DNA of 64,000 nucleotides from an uncultured Pelagibacteraceae bacterium (GTDB taxonomy: Bacteria > Pseudomonadota > Alphaproteobacteria > Pelagibacterales > Pelagibacteraceae), in contig CACKCQ010000002.1 of NCBI GenBank assembly GCA_902598655.1, positions 71,744 to 135,743 on the forward strand, written 5' to 3'. The notes under the pieces were generated by a model that made no database searches, was not told the origin of the DNA, and was given only the letters and a program-made list of their open reading frames with translations. Position numbers and translations under genes: made by a program. Positions 9,216-20,324 of the stretch are shown here, one piece after another (position 1 is the first letter of the stretch; each line of letters opens with the position of its first letter).

Positions 9216-10988
9216 ATGCTAACCTTTATAAAAAGAAATTTATTTATAATAATTATATTTGTACTTACCGTTTTACTATCTTTTATTACATTTCTAACAT
9301 TTATTGATAGGAGCTTTATAGAGTTAAATGAACAAAATCTTCAATTTGTATTAATTTTAAATATAATTTTTTTACTTGTTTTTTTTGTTTTAATTTTTTT
9401 TGATATTAAAAATTCAATTAAAAATAATATTAATGTGAGGGGATCAGTAGCAAATAGGAAATACATAATATCATTTGGTTTATTTACTTTAATACCATCA
9501 TTATTAATTGCTATCTTTTCTCTTTTTATCTTTTCTTTTGCTCTGGAAAAATATTTTGATAAAAAAATAACAACAGCAGTTAATAATTCATACGAAATTG
9601 CAAAAAACTATGTTGATGAAAAAAGAAATAAAATTGAGTCAGAAATAGTACTAATTGCATTTGATTTAAACAAGTATCATAATATATATAAAACTGATCG
9701 AGTTAGATTTAAGTCTTTTTTGAATACACAAAATCTAATTAGAGATATTGATCAACTTTATTTAATAAATTCTTCTGGTGATTTGATAATTTCGGCAAAC
9801 GATTCCGAGTATGTTAAGATTGAAGACCAGGCTATTAGTATGGTACGTTCAGATGATCGTCCATTAAAAATCATAAACGCTCCAGAAAATAGATCTGCCG
9901 CAGTGATTAGATTACAGAATTTTGAAGATACATATTTATATGTAGTAAAAAAATTAGATAAAAGTATTTCTAATTATTTATTAGAGTCTGAGGAAGCTTT
10001 AAATTTTTATTACACTGTTGAAAATCAAAGTTTAGGTATTAGAATATCCTTTGCTATCATATATATTTCTCTTGTAACGCTTCTGTTATTTTTATCTATT
10101 ACAATTGCAATTAGATTTTCCTCAAGATTTTTTATATCTATTAATAATCTGATAACTGCATCTGAAAAAATTGGAAAAGGAAATTTGGATGTGAAGGTTC
10201 CTGAACTTAAAGCAGATAGAGAAATGGAGTTATTAAATAGAAACTTTAATTCTATGATAGACAAATTAAAAAATCAGCAAGATAAATTATTATCAAATGA
10301 AAGACACGAAGCATGGGAAACAGTTGCAAGAAAAATGGCTCATGAAATTAAAAATCCGCTTACCCCAATACAGCTAACTATAGATAATCTTAATTCAAAA
10401 TATTTACCTGATTTAAGTGTGGAAAAAAAGCAAAAGTATCAAGATAATTTAAAAACTATTTTAAAGCAAATAAAGCAAATAGAAAATCTAGTAAATGAAT
10501 TTTCTGATTTTGCAAGAATGCCCAAACCTCATTTTAAAAATAATGATTTAATTAAGGTATTAAATGAAAATATTGAATTGTTAAAAAAAATTGATAGCTC
10601 AATTAATTTTAAAATTAATAATAAGATAGGTAAAAAAGTTATAATTAATTTTGATAATGAACAATTCAACAGATTATTTTTCAATTTAATTAAAAATTCA
10701 ATTGAAAGCATTAAAGAAAAGGTCAAAAAAACCAATGAAACATTGAAAAATATTGATATAGAAATAAACCAAAGAAGAGATTATATAACAGTCAACCTAA
10801 TTGATACAGGTGAAGGTTTTAAGGATAAAAAAACCAAGGATATTATAAAACCATATTATACAACTAAAGAAAAAGGAACTGGTTTAGGATTATCGATAGT
10901 AGATAAAATAATAAATGACCATAACGGATCAATTAAATTTTTAAATACAAAGAATGGAGCTAAGGTTCAAATCATAATACCCAAATAA
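9216..10988 (+). CDS. ntrY: Sensor histidine kinase NtrY
   Basis: TM segments, HAMP domain, AHEIKNPLTPIQL H-box, GTGLGL; adjacent to ntrX. Confidence 0.93.
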   Translation: MLTFIKRNLFIIIIFVLTVLLSFITFLTFIDRSFIELNEQNLQFVLILNIIFLLVFFVLIFFDIKNSIKNNINVRGSVANRKYIISFGLFTLIPSLLIAIFSLFIFSFALEKYFDKKITTAVNNSYEIAKNYVDEKRNKIESEIVLIAFDLNKYHNIYKTDRVRFKSFLNTQNLIRDIDQLYLINSSGDLIISANDSEYVKIEDQAISMVRSDDRPLKIINAPENRSAAVIRLQNFEDTYLYVVKKLDKSISNYLLESEEALNFYYTVENQSLGIRISFAIIYISLVTLLLFLSITIAIRFSSRFFISINNLITASEKIGKGNLDVKVPELKADREMELLNRNFNSMIDKLKNQQDKLLSNERHEAWETVARKMAHEIKNPLTPIQLTIDNLNSKYLPDLSVEKKQKYQDNLKTILKQIKQIENLVNEFSDFARMPKPHFKNNDLIKVLNENIELLKKIDSSINFKINNKIGKKVIINFDNEQFNRLFFNLIKNSIESIKEKVKKTNETLKNIDIEINQRRDYITVNLIDTGEGFKDKKTKDIIKPYYTTKEKGTGLGLSIVDKIINDHNGSIKFLNTKNGAKVQIIIPK

Positions 10989-10991
10989 TTT

Positions 10992-12347
10992 ATGGCAACA
11001 GAAATATTAATTATTGACGATAATTCGGATATTAGAAATATTCTTGATGAATTGATTCAAGATGCTGGGTATAAAACAAGATTGGCAGCAAACTTTAACC
11101 AAGGATTATCAGAAATAGATAAAAAATTACCAGACGTTGCAATTATAGATGTTAAATTAGACAAAGGTGATAATGATGGAATTCAATTGCTTGAGCATAT
11201 CAAAACTAAAAATACTGACATACCTGTTATAATAATTTCTGGTCACGCTAACATTGAAATGGCCATCAACTCTCTTAGATCTGGTGCATTTGAATTTATA
11301 CAAAAACCTTTTGATAAAAATCGTTTATTAAATTTTATAAAAAGGGCTGTTGAAAATTTTAATTTAAAAAAAGAGAATAAATCACTATCAAATAAACTTT
11401 TCCACTCTTTTAAAATAATAGGCAAAAGTCAAAATATTGTATCAATAAGAGATCAGATTCAAAAATTGTCACAATCAGAAAGTAGAGTATTTATAAGTGG
11501 CCCTACAGGATCAGGAAAAGAACTAGTATCAAGAAAAATTTATAAAAATTCAAAACGATCAAAAGGACCATTTATTATTATTAACGGCGCTTTATTAGAT
11601 TCGAAAAAATATGAAGTAGAGCTTTTTGGTGAAGAAAAAAAAGATGGCTCAATTTTATATGGAGCTCTAGAAAAAGCTTCTGGAGGTATGTTATTAATTG
11701 ATGAAGTCACAGAAATTCCGTTAGAAACACAATCAAAAATATTAAGAGTTGTAATTGATCAGAAATTTAAAAGATTAAACAGTAATCATGATATTAAAGT
11801 TGATGTAAGAATTATTTGTGCATCAAGTAAAAATATTAAAAATGAGATTAAAAATGGAAATTTTAGAGAAGACCTGTTTCATAGATTAAATGTTTTTAAT
11901 ATTGAAATTGAACCATTAAATAAACGAATTGAGGATATTCCTTTACTAGTCGAATATTTTATTGAAAATATTTGCAACACATATAATTATAAGAAATTTA
12001 AAATTAAAGATGATAACTATCTTTTAAATTATAATTGGCCCGGCAATGTCAGAGAACTTAGAAATCTTATTGAGAGAATAGCTATTCTTTCACCAGGAAA
12101 TGATGAAGAAAAAATATTAGATATTATTAAAGAATCTTTGTCTAGATCTGCTAATGAGACTTTTTCGGTTGCTGAAAATTTATCCATTCCATTAAGAGAA
12201 GCAAGAGAGAATTTTGAAAAAGAATACTTAATTTCACAAATTAAAAAATTTGGAGGAAATATATCTAAAACAGCAAAATTTGTGGGAATGGAAAGATCTG
12301 CGCTTCATAGAAAATTAAAATTACTCGGTGTTAAGGACTTAAATTAA
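10992..12347 (+). CDS. ntrX: Response regulator NtrX (REC-AAA+-HTH)
   Basis: Receiver domain, GPTGSGKE, WPGNVREL, and C-terminal GMERSALHRKLK. Confidence 0.95.
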   Translation: MATEILIIDDNSDIRNILDELIQDAGYKTRLAANFNQGLSEIDKKLPDVAIIDVKLDKGDNDGIQLLEHIKTKNTDIPVIIISGHANIEMAINSLRSGAFEFIQKPFDKNRLLNFIKRAVENFNLKKENKSLSNKLFHSFKIIGKSQNIVSIRDQIQKLSQSESRVFISGPTGSGKELVSRKIYKNSKRSKGPFIIINGALLDSKKYEVELFGEEKKDGSILYGALEKASGGMLLIDEVTEIPLETQSKILRVVIDQKFKRLNSNHDIKVDVRIICASSKNIKNEIKNGNFREDLFHRLNVFNIEIEPLNKRIEDIPLLVEYFIENICNTYNYKKFKIKDDNYLLNYNWPGNVRELRNLIERIAILSPGNDEEKILDIIKESLSRSANETFSVAENLSIPLREARENFEKEYLISQIKKFGGNISKTAKFVGMERSALHRKLKLLGVKDLN

Positions 12348-13720
12348 TGAACATTATAATTTGTGGTGCTGGAAGAGTTGGGTTTACTATAGCAAAATTA
12401 CTTGCTGAACAAAATCATTCAATCACAGTTATTGATCAATCTAGCGAAGATATTCAAAAAATTAATGAATCTCTTGATGTAAAAGCTATTGTTGGGAAAG
12501 CAACATCCCCTGAGATTTTGGATAACGCCAATACCTCCGAGGCAGACATGTTGATTGCAGTTACAAGAAATGATGAGATAAATATGCTTATTTGCCAAAT
12601 TGCATATTCCTTATTTAAAGTTCCAAAAAAAATTGCTAGAATAAGATCTCAAGAATATTTAGATCCAAAATTTTCAACTCTTTTTAATAAAGAAAATCTT
12701 CCAATAGATTACGTTATTTCACCAGAATTAGAAATAGCAAAATCATTACAAAGAAAATTAGAGGCACCAGGTGCTTTAGATAACGTACCATTTGCAGAAA
12801 ATAAAATTAGATTATTGGAAATTTTAATTGATGGAAAATGTCCAATTCATGAAATAAAATTAAAAGAATTAACTAATAAATTTCCTAGTTTAAATGCATA
12901 CATCCTAGGTGTTATTAGAGAAGAGAGTTTTAAAATATTGAAGAAAGAAGATAAGCTTCAACACAATGATAAAGCATATGTGATTGTTAATTCTAATCAA
13001 ATGGAGGAGACACTTAAAGTTTTTGGTCATAATGAAAAAATTTCAAGTAAAATTCTTATAATTGGTGGTGGTAATATTGGATTTAATCTTGCGTCAAATA
13101 TAGAAAATAATTTTGAGGAAGCAAGGGTAAAAATTATAGAGAAAGACAAAAATAGAGCTGAATATATTGCAAATTATTTAAACGATACAATTGTTATTAA
13201 TGGAAATGGCTTAGATGAGGATGTACTAAATGAAGCTAACTTAGAGGAGGTCGAAACTGTATTAGCCCTAACTAATGACGATGAAGATAATCTTATGGTA
13301 AGTGTTCTTGTTGAAAAATTTTCAAAAAATAAAAGAACAATGGCTTTAGTTAATAAACCCAATTATTCATTATTACAATCATCATTAAAAATTGATGATT
13401 TAATTGATCCTAGAATGAGTACTGTTTCAAGTATTTTAAAACACGTTCACAAAGGTACAATTGAAAATGCTTATACTATTTTAAATGGAGATTATGAAGT
13501 TATAGAAGCCGATATTTTAGAAACTTCTGAACTAGTTAATAAAGAATTAAAAAAAGCAGATTTACCTGACGAAATACGTGTTGGTGCAATTTTGAGAGAT
13601 AATAAATTTATACTTCCTTCATCTAATTATGTATTTCAAAAAGATGATACAGTTGTATTGTTAGCAAAGAGAGATCAATTACCATTAGTTGAAAATTTAT
13701 TTAGAATAAGCTCAATCTAA
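12347..13720 (+). CDS. trkA: Trk potassium uptake NAD-binding subunit
   Basis: Two RCK domains (GAGRVG, GGGNIG); follows ntrX. Confidence 0.96.
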   Translation: MNIIICGAGRVGFTIAKLLAEQNHSITVIDQSSEDIQKINESLDVKAIVGKATSPEILDNANTSEADMLIAVTRNDEINMLICQIAYSLFKVPKKIARIRSQEYLDPKFSTLFNKENLPIDYVISPELEIAKSLQRKLEAPGALDNVPFAENKIRLLEILIDGKCPIHEIKLKELTNKFPSLNAYILGVIREESFKILKKEDKLQHNDKAYVIVNSNQMEETLKVFGHNEKISSKILIIGGGNIGFNLASNIENNFEEARVKIIEKDKNRAEYIANYLNDTIVINGNGLDEDVLNEANLEEVETVLALTNDDEDNLMVSVLVEKFSKNKRTMALVNKPNYSLLQSSLKIDDLIDPRMSTVSSILKHVHKGTIENAYTILNGDYEVIEADILETSELVNKELKKADLPDEIRVGAILRDNKFILPSSNYVFQKDDTVVLLAKRDQLPLVENLFRISSI

Positions 13721-13723
13721 TAA

Positions 13724-15133
13724 ATGAATATTTTTGGTCTAAAATACTTTGGTATTTTTTTTATAATAATTAGTTTCTTTTCTTTTTTTAACATAATATA
13801 TTCTTATTATTTCAATCTTTTAAATAATCTTAACAATTATCTATTAACCTTTATAATTAATTTATTAATTGGACTTTTTTTAATAATATTAAAAAAATAT
13901 AAATTTGAGAAAATTAATTTATTTGAAAGAATTTTAATCGTTTTAATAGGTTATATAATTTTACCCATCTCTATATCCTTACCTTACTATTTTAACTTAG
14001 AATATATAAGTTTTGTTAATTGTTATTTTGAGGCAATATCTGGCTTTACGTCAACAGGATTTACAATTTTTAACGATGTAAATGATTTGGACCAAACATT
14101 AATTTTATGGAGATCTAGTTCCCAATGGATTGGTGGTTTATATTTTTTATTTTCAATATTATTGCTTATAGATTTGTTTGATGAAAACTTAAAGAGATCT
14201 CTTACAAATTATATCTCTTTCAATTCCTCTGAGATTTTCAAGCAAATATTAAAAATAATAATAATTTACTTATTATTGACAATTATAATATTCATTATTT
14301 TAAAATTAGTAAATTTACGAAATTTTGATGCTTACAATTATTCGCTATCAATAATTTCCTCTGGGGGTTTTTTACCTAACGATAATTTTGATATAACTTT
14401 TAGCTCAGATATAAGTAAAATTGTTTTATCTTTGTCTATGTTGCTATCTTTTTTTAGTCTTTTTTTTATTTTTAACTTAATTTTCTTTAAGAAAAAAAAT
14501 ATTAATTATTTAAGTGAGGACTTTAATATATTTATTTATTTACTAATCGTAATAGCTTTATCTTTTATTTTTTTTAATTATGATAATAACTTTTTAAAAG
14601 TATTAGTTTCTATTTGTAGTAGTGTTTCAAATATAGGTATATCATTTCAAAATATTCCTGAAAATCTTGTTTTTGTATTTCTGCTACTAGTTATTCTTGG
14701 TGGATCTTTTTTTTCTACTAGTTCAGGCTTAAGAGTTATTAAAGTTATAACTTTAATAAAATTCTCAATTAATAACTTATTATCTCACTCTAAACCCAAT
14801 CAAATATATTCTAATAAATTAACGTTAAATAAAATTGGTGCTAATATTAATGATATTAATAAATATTTTCTTGCAATCATAATTTTTATTATTTCTTTAT
14901 TTTTAATATCACTATTATTAACTATTTCTAAATTAGAATTTGAAACATCATTTAAATTAGGTATTTTAACAATTATGAATACTGTTAACTCTGAAATGTA
15001 TGATTTAGGTAGCATTGATTTTTATAATTTTAGTGTATTTAGTAAAATATCATTAATTATATTTATGATTATTGGAAGAATTGAACTTTTATCAATAATA
15101 ATTTTATTAAAAAAATTTCTTTTCAAAAATTAA
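13724..15133 (+). CDS. trkH: Trk potassium uptake membrane subunit (divergent)
   Basis: FEAISGFTSTG, QWIGG, STSSGLR and MIIGRIE motifs; polytopic membrane protein. Confidence 0.9.
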   Translation: MNIFGLKYFGIFFIIISFFSFFNIIYSYYFNLLNNLNNYLLTFIINLLIGLFLIILKKYKFEKINLFERILIVLIGYIILPISISLPYYFNLEYISFVNCYFEAISGFTSTGFTIFNDVNDLDQTLILWRSSSQWIGGLYFLFSILLLIDLFDENLKRSLTNYISFNSSEIFKQILKIIIIYLLLTIIIFIILKLVNLRNFDAYNYSLSIISSGGFLPNDNFDITFSSDISKIVLSLSMLLSFFSLFFIFNLIFFKKKNINYLSEDFNIFIYLLIVIALSFIFFNYDNNFLKVLVSICSSVSNIGISFQNIPENLVFVFLLLVILGGSFFSTSSGLRVIKVITLIKFSINNLLSHSKPNQIYSNKLTLNKIGANINDINKYFLAIIIFIISLFLISLLLTISKLEFETSFKLGILTIMNTVNSEMYDLGSIDFYNFSVFSKISLIIFMIIGRIELLSIIILLKKFLFKN

Positions 15134-15157
15134 ATTAGTATTATAAATTAAACACGT

Positions 15158-15234
15158 GCGCTCTTAGCTCAGCTGGATAGAGCAACGGTTTTCTAAACCG
15201 TAGGTCGAAGGTTCGAATCCTTCAGAGCGCGCCA
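15158..15234 (+). tRNA. tRNA-Arg(TCT)
   Basis: GCGCTCT...AGAGCGC acceptor stem, anticodon arm ACGGT-TTTCTAA-ACCGT, GTTCGAATCC T-loop, encoded CCA; 77 nt. Confidence 0.97.
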
Positions 15235-15364
15235 GCACCAAATAAAGCATAAATTTTGCGATTAATTTGTTATTGATGAGCTTCTTTGTTTCTGCTTTAC
15301 TTGGCCAATTCAAAAATTAATTTGAATTATTTGTTAACAAATAAATAAACAAGAGGAAAAAATA

Positions 15365-16405
15365 ATGTTTAAATTAGTAAAACGATTGACTTCAGTTGTC
15401 GCTATGTTTGCTGTTTTATTTACTTTTACAACAGAAACTATGGCTGCAAAAAAGTCAAAAACTCTTAAAAACACTCAGAAAAAAGGTTTTGTGAGATGTG
15501 GTGTTTCACAAGGTTTACCAGGATTTTCTAATGCTGATGCTGCGGGAAACTGGACTGGTGTTGACGTTGATGTATGTAGAGCGGTAGCTGCTGCAGTATT
15601 AGGTGATGCAAGTAAAGTAAAATTTACTCCACTAAGTGCTAAAGAAAGATTTACTGCATTAACATCTAATGAGATAGATATTCTATCTAGAAATACTACT
15701 TGGACACTTTCAAGGGATGCGGATATCGGTCTTACTTTCGTAGGAGTAAACTTCTATGACGGTCAAGGTTTTATGGTTAGAAAAAATTCAGGAATTTCAT
15801 CAGTTAATGATTTTAAAGCTGGTGTTTCTGCGTGCACTAACCTTGGAACTACAACAGAGCTTAATATGAGAGATTTCTTTAATTCAAAAGGAATTAAATA
15901 TGAGCCAGTCACTTTTGAAAAAGCTGATGAAGTTGTAGCAGCATATGATGCCGGAAGATGTGATACATATACTACAGATAAATCTGGTTTAGCCGCTCAA
16001 AGAATTAAATTGAGCAATCCAGATGATCATATGGTATTACCTGAAACAATTTCAAAAGAGCCATTAGGCCCAGTTGTTAGACAAGGTGATTCTGTTTGGG
16101 AAGATATCGTAAGATGGTCACTAAACACTATGATTGAAGCTGAAGAGTATGGCGTAACATCAGCAAATGCTGATATGATGAAAACTTCAGAAAATCCAGC
16201 AGTAAAAAGACTAGTTGGAGCTGAAGGTGAATTAGGAGCTGCTCTAGGTTTAGATAATGAGTGGAGTTTAAGAATAATCAAGCAAGTTGGTAACTACGGT
16301 GAAAGCTATAAAAGAAATATAGCTGATACTGGAATTCTACCTGACAGAGGTCCAAATCAGTTATGGACAAAAGGTGGAATACTATACGTACCACCAGCAA
16401 GATAA
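15365..16405 (+). CDS. aapJ: General L-amino acid ABC transporter substrate-binding protein (AapJ/BztA/YhdW)
   Basis: Signal peptide; CGVSQGLPGFS, RNTTWT, ISKEPLGP and VGNYGE motifs. Confidence 0.95.
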   Translation: MFKLVKRLTSVVAMFAVLFTFTTETMAAKKSKTLKNTQKKGFVRCGVSQGLPGFSNADAAGNWTGVDVDVCRAVAAAVLGDASKVKFTPLSAKERFTALTSNEIDILSRNTTWTLSRDADIGLTFVGVNFYDGQGFMVRKNSGISSVNDFKAGVSACTNLGTTTELNMRDFFNSKGIKYEPVTFEKADEVVAAYDAGRCDTYTTDKSGLAAQRIKLSNPDDHMVLPETISKEPLGPVVRQGDSVWEDIVRWSLNTMIEAEEYGVTSANADMMKTSENPAVKRLVGAEGELGAALGLDNEWSLRIIKQVGNYGESYKRNIADTGILPDRGPNQLWTKGGILYVPPAR

Positions 16406-16424
16406 TTCTTTTTAAAAAGAACAT

Positions 16425-16457
16425 AAAGAGGGCTAGATTTTTCTAGCCCTTTTTTTT
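16425..16457 (+). terminator. Intrinsic terminator / mRNA-stabilising hairpin after aapJ
   Basis: AGGGCTAGA-TTTT-TCTAGCCCT followed by a T run. Confidence 0.85.
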
Positions 16458-16473
16458 ATAAACCTTACTAACA

Positions 16474-17619
16474 GTGAATTTTAAGAAAATATTACCCCAG
16501 TTACTTACATTAGTAGTTGTTATCCTAGTGCTTGGTTTCTTTTCATATAACGCACAAGTAAATATGGAAAATAGGGGTATCACATTTGGTTATGGTTTTT
16601 TAACTCAAGAATCTTCATTTGATGTTCAGTTTTCATTAATAGAATATGATGGTTCACATTCTTATTTTAGAGCTTATCTAGTTGGATTATTAAATACTAT
16701 TTTAGTTTCAGTTATTGGAATTGTATTTGCAACTATAATTGGAGTTGTGGTTGGAATAGCTAGACTATCAAGTAATTATCTTATTGAACGAACTGCAGCA
16801 ATTTATGTGGAATTTTTTAGAAATATTCCTTTGCTATTGCAGATATTCTTTTGGTATTTTGCAGCATTAAGAGCCTTGCCTTTGCCAGAGAAAGCAGAAC
16901 CAATGTTTGGAGTTTTCTTTTTAACTATTAAAGGTTTTTTTGTTCCAGCCTTTGTTTGGAATAATCTAGATATTTTTATTTATTCAGTAATCGCAGCAAT
17001 CATCTCAATAGTTTTTGTTAAATTATATGCTAAAAAAAAGCAGGAAAATCAAGGTATTCAAACACCAGTATTATCAATATCTATTGGTCTTTTAATTATT
17101 TTGCCATTGTTAAGTTTTTTTCTAGGTGGGGTAGATGCTTCTGTTGAAATACCAGTAATTGAACAATTATCAAAAACATCCTTTACTTTTAAAGGTGGTC
17201 TAAAATTACCACCTGAATTAATTTCTTTAGCACTAGCTTTATCTTTATATACTGCAACTTTTATTGCTGAATGTGTAAGAGCTGGTGTTCAAGGCGTAAG
17301 CAAAGGTCAAAAAGAGGCTGCTGCATCAATTGGTTTAACACCTAATCAAGTTCTTAAATTAGTAGTTATGCCTCAAGCCTTGAGGATTATAATTCCTCCA
17401 ACAACCAACCAATATTTAAATTTAACAAAGAATTCATCACTTGCTGCTGCAATTGCATATCCAGACTTAGTACTTGTCTTTGCTGGAACTGCTTTAATGC
17501 AAACAGGAAGAGCAATTGAAATTGTTTCCATTACAATGTTAACTTATTTAACTTTAAGTATAACAATCTCAATATTTATGAATTGGTATAATAAAAAAAT
17601 AGCTATTAAAGAAAAATAA
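16474..17619 (+). CDS. aapQ: Amino acid ABC transporter permease AapQ
   Basis: GLLNT, FRNIPLLLQ and EAA loop (KGQKEAA); GTG start. Confidence 0.93.
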   Translation: MNFKKILPQLLTLVVVILVLGFFSYNAQVNMENRGITFGYGFLTQESSFDVQFSLIEYDGSHSYFRAYLVGLLNTILVSVIGIVFATIIGVVVGIARLSSNYLIERTAAIYVEFFRNIPLLLQIFFWYFAALRALPLPEKAEPMFGVFFLTIKGFFVPAFVWNNLDIFIYSVIAAIISIVFVKLYAKKKQENQGIQTPVLSISIGLLIILPLLSFFLGGVDASVEIPVIEQLSKTSFTFKGGLKLPPELISLALALSLYTATFIAECVRAGVQGVSKGQKEAAASIGLTPNQVLKLVVMPQALRIIIPPTTNQYLNLTKNSSLAAAIAYPDLVLVFAGTALMQTGRAIEIVSITMLTYLTLSITISIFMNWYNKKIAIKEK

Positions 17620-19061
17620 TGAATAAATTAAATTTTTTATCACCAGACAAAAATAATTTATACGCATATTTGTATTCAGGTATTGGTTTATTTTCTCTAA
17701 GTATATTAATTGTATTCTTGAATTCTTTTTTCAGTTTAGATTTGACTAGTTTTCTACCAGGAACAATAAGTTATTTTTTACCTCTAATCATAGGCTTCAT
17801 TGGTCTGCATTTAATTAGAATTGAATATTCAGGTATAAAATTTTTAGACATTATTAACAAAAATATTAATACAAATAAATTTAACTCCCTTTTATCATTA
17901 TTAATTATTTTTGCGGTTATAAAATCACTTCCACCGCTTTTAAGTTGGTTCATAATTGATGCAAATTTTGCTGGTGATTCAAAAGACGCTTGCTCAGGAT
18001 CTGGTGCGTGTTGGGCTTACATAAAAACTTGGTTTAATAGATTTATGTATGGCATGTATCCAAATGCAGAACAGTGGAGAATAAATTTATCATTTATCGC
18101 CCTTGCTTTTCTTGGTGGAGTAGGGTTTTTTGCAACAGAAAAGTTCAAAAAATATCTAACATTATATTATGTTGTTGTTTATCCAATCATTGCATTTTTA
18201 TTTATATTCTTTTTTATTTCTGGTGGCCCAATATTTTTTGATTTTTCATATGGAATTATTGCAGCAGTAATCTCTATTATAATAGGTTTCTTTATCCCTT
18301 CGAAATTTAAAATGTATTATTTTTTAATAATACCGATCACAATATATATATTATTAAAGTATGTATTTTTTTACGAAGAACTAATTGAATTAGGAAAGAT
18401 ACAAGCTTTCGAATGGGTTGAAACAGGAGCTTGGGGTGGATTATCCTTAACTTTTATAGTTTCATTTTTTTGTTTAATATTTTGTTTTCCAATAGGTTTA
18501 TTCTTATCTTTAGGTAGAAGATCTGATTTACCAATAATTAAATATATTTCTATAGGATTTATAGAATTTTGGAGAGGCGTACCTTTAATCACAGTTTTAT
18601 TTATGTCATCTGTTATGTTTCCAATGTTTTTGCCAGAAGACATGTTTATTGATAAACTAGTAAGAGTTATAATTGCTATATCACTGTTTGAAGCTGCCTA
18701 TGTAGCAGAGGTAATAAGAGGTGGTCTACAGGCTTTACCTAGAGGTCAATATGATGCTGCAAAATCTTTAGGAATGGGTTATTGGAAAATGCATATTTTT
18801 GTGATTTTACCACAAGCTCTTAAACTAGTTATTCCGGGTATAGCAAATACATTTTTAGCACTTGTAAAAGATACACCTCTAATTTTTGTTGTAGGTCTTT
18901 TGGAAATCGTAGGAATGCTTAATTTAGCAAAAACAAATCCCGAATGGTTAGGTTTTGCTATGGAAGGATATGTATTTGCTTCAATAGTATTTTTTATTAT
19001 TTGCTATGCAATGAGTAAATATAGTTATAATTTAGAGCAAAAATATAAAACTGAGAGATAA
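17619..19061 (+). CDS. aapM: Amino acid ABC transporter permease AapM (elongated)
   Basis: GACW, YGMYP..EQWR, WGGL and RGVPLI motifs; EAA loop; 480 aa. Confidence 0.92.
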   Translation: MNKLNFLSPDKNNLYAYLYSGIGLFSLSILIVFLNSFFSLDLTSFLPGTISYFLPLIIGFIGLHLIRIEYSGIKFLDIINKNINTNKFNSLLSLLIIFAVIKSLPPLLSWFIIDANFAGDSKDACSGSGACWAYIKTWFNRFMYGMYPNAEQWRINLSFIALAFLGGVGFFATEKFKKYLTLYYVVVYPIIAFLFIFFFISGGPIFFDFSYGIIAAVISIIIGFFIPSKFKMYYFLIIPITIYILLKYVFFYEELIELGKIQAFEWVETGAWGGLSLTFIVSFFCLIFCFPIGLFLSLGRRSDLPIIKYISIGFIEFWRGVPLITVLFMSSVMFPMFLPEDMFIDKLVRVIIAISLFEAAYVAEVIRGGLQALPRGQYDAAKSLGMGYWKMHIFVILPQALKLVIPGIANTFLALVKDTPLIFVVGLLEIVGMLNLAKTNPEWLGFAMEGYVFASIVFFIICYAMSKYSYNLEQKYKTER

Positions 19062-19795
19062 TGTCAGATAAAATAATTCAAATAAAAGAGATGAATAAAT
19101 GGTTTGGAGATTTCCAAGTCTTAAAAAACATTAATTTAGACGTAGAGAAGAATAAAAAAATTGTTGTTTGTGGTCCGTCTGGTTCAGGTAAATCTACATT
19201 AATTAGATGTATTAATAGACTTGAAGAACACCAGGAAGGATCAATTGTCGTTGATGGAACCGAATTAACTGAAGAGACAAAAAATATAGAGCAAATAAGA
19301 GCTGAGGTTGGAATGGTATTTCAACAGTTTAATTTATTTCCTCATTTATCAATATTGGATAACTGTACATTGGCACCAATATGGGTAAAAAAAATGCCAA
19401 AAAAAGATGCAGAAGCATTAGCTTTAAAACATTTAGAAAAAGTTCAAATTGCTGATCAAGCATACAAATATCCTGGTCAATTATCTGGTGGTCAACAACA
19501 AAGATGTGCAATAGCGAGAGCGTTGTGTATGGAGCCAAAAATAATGCTTTTTGATGAGCCAACGTCAGCGTTAGATCCTGAAATGATTAAAGAAGTTTTA
19601 GATGCAATGGTTAATTTAGCTAAGGCTGGTATGACTATGATTGTTGTGACACATGAAATGGGGTTTGCAAAAGAAGTTGCAGATGAAGTAATTTTTATGG
19701 ATGAAGGTATGATTGTAGAACAGGCAGAAACAAAAGAGTTTTTTGCTAACCCAAAAAGCGATAGAACAAAGCTTTTTTTGAGCCAAATATTATAA
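19061..19795 (+). CDS. aapP: Amino acid ABC transporter ATP-binding protein AapP
   Basis: Walker [28 protein letters not shown]. Confidence 0.95.
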   Translation: MSDKIIQIKEMNKWFGDFQVLKNINLDVEKNKKIVVCGPSGSGKSTLIRCINRLEEHQEGSIVVDGTELTEETKNIEQIRAEVGMVFQQFNLFPHLSILDNCTLAPIWVKKMPKKDAEALALKHLEKVQIADQAYKYPGQLSGGQQQRCAIARALCMEPKIMLFDEPTSALDPEMIKEVLDAMVNLAKAGMTMIVVTHEMGFAKEVADEVIFMDEGMIVEQAETKEFFANPKSDRTKLFLSQIL

Positions 19796-19940
19796 AAATT
19801 ATAACTAAATTGCTAAAAAGTCGCTTGACAGGTTTATAAAATCTTAAAAATTATTATTCTTTTTAAAATTATTTTACTTGAAATAACTTTTTGATTTCTA
19901 TTAACTCAGCTTATTATTTTTAATTAAAGAGGGGTCTTTG

Positions 19941-20312
19941 ATGGAAGAAAATTTCAATAAACATCTAGGTAACAAGTTAAAACTTAGACGTTTGGCTTTA
20001 GGTTTAACTCAAACCAAAGTCGCAAAAGCAATAAATGTTACATTTCAACAAATACAAAAATATGAAAAAGGAACAAATGGTGTAAGTTCGATTAGATTAC
20101 TACAACTATCTAACTATCTTAAAGTACCAATAAACTATTTTTTTGAAGATTTTTCAGAATATTTGATTAATTTAGAAAAATCTAAAGAAGGTCATATGAA
20201 TGTTAACTATAATTTTTTAGTTAAAGTTTATTCTGAACTTACTCAAGATCAAAAAATTAAGTTTAGTAAAAACATACAGATCAACCAGGTAAATATTTCA
20301 AAAACAGGATAA
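19941..20312 (+). CDS. XRE-family helix-turn-helix transcriptional regulator
   Basis: LTQTKVAKAINVTFQQIQKYEKGTN HTH typical of alphaproteobacterial XRE proteins; AGAGGGG SD upstream (TTG at 19938 is an alternative start). Confidence 0.9.
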   Translation: MEENFNKHLGNKLKLRRLALGLTQTKVAKAINVTFQQIQKYEKGTNGVSSIRLLQLSNYLKVPINYFFEDFSEYLINLEKSKEGHMNVNYNFLVKVYSELTQDQKIKFSKNIQINQVNISKTG

Positions 20313-20324
20313 CTAATATTAAAT

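Noticed and set aside
15231-15240. Second CCA (GCACCA) right after tRNA-Arg as an att-site remnant
   Set aside because: Too short; no integrase or duplicated tRNA 3' end seen in the window.
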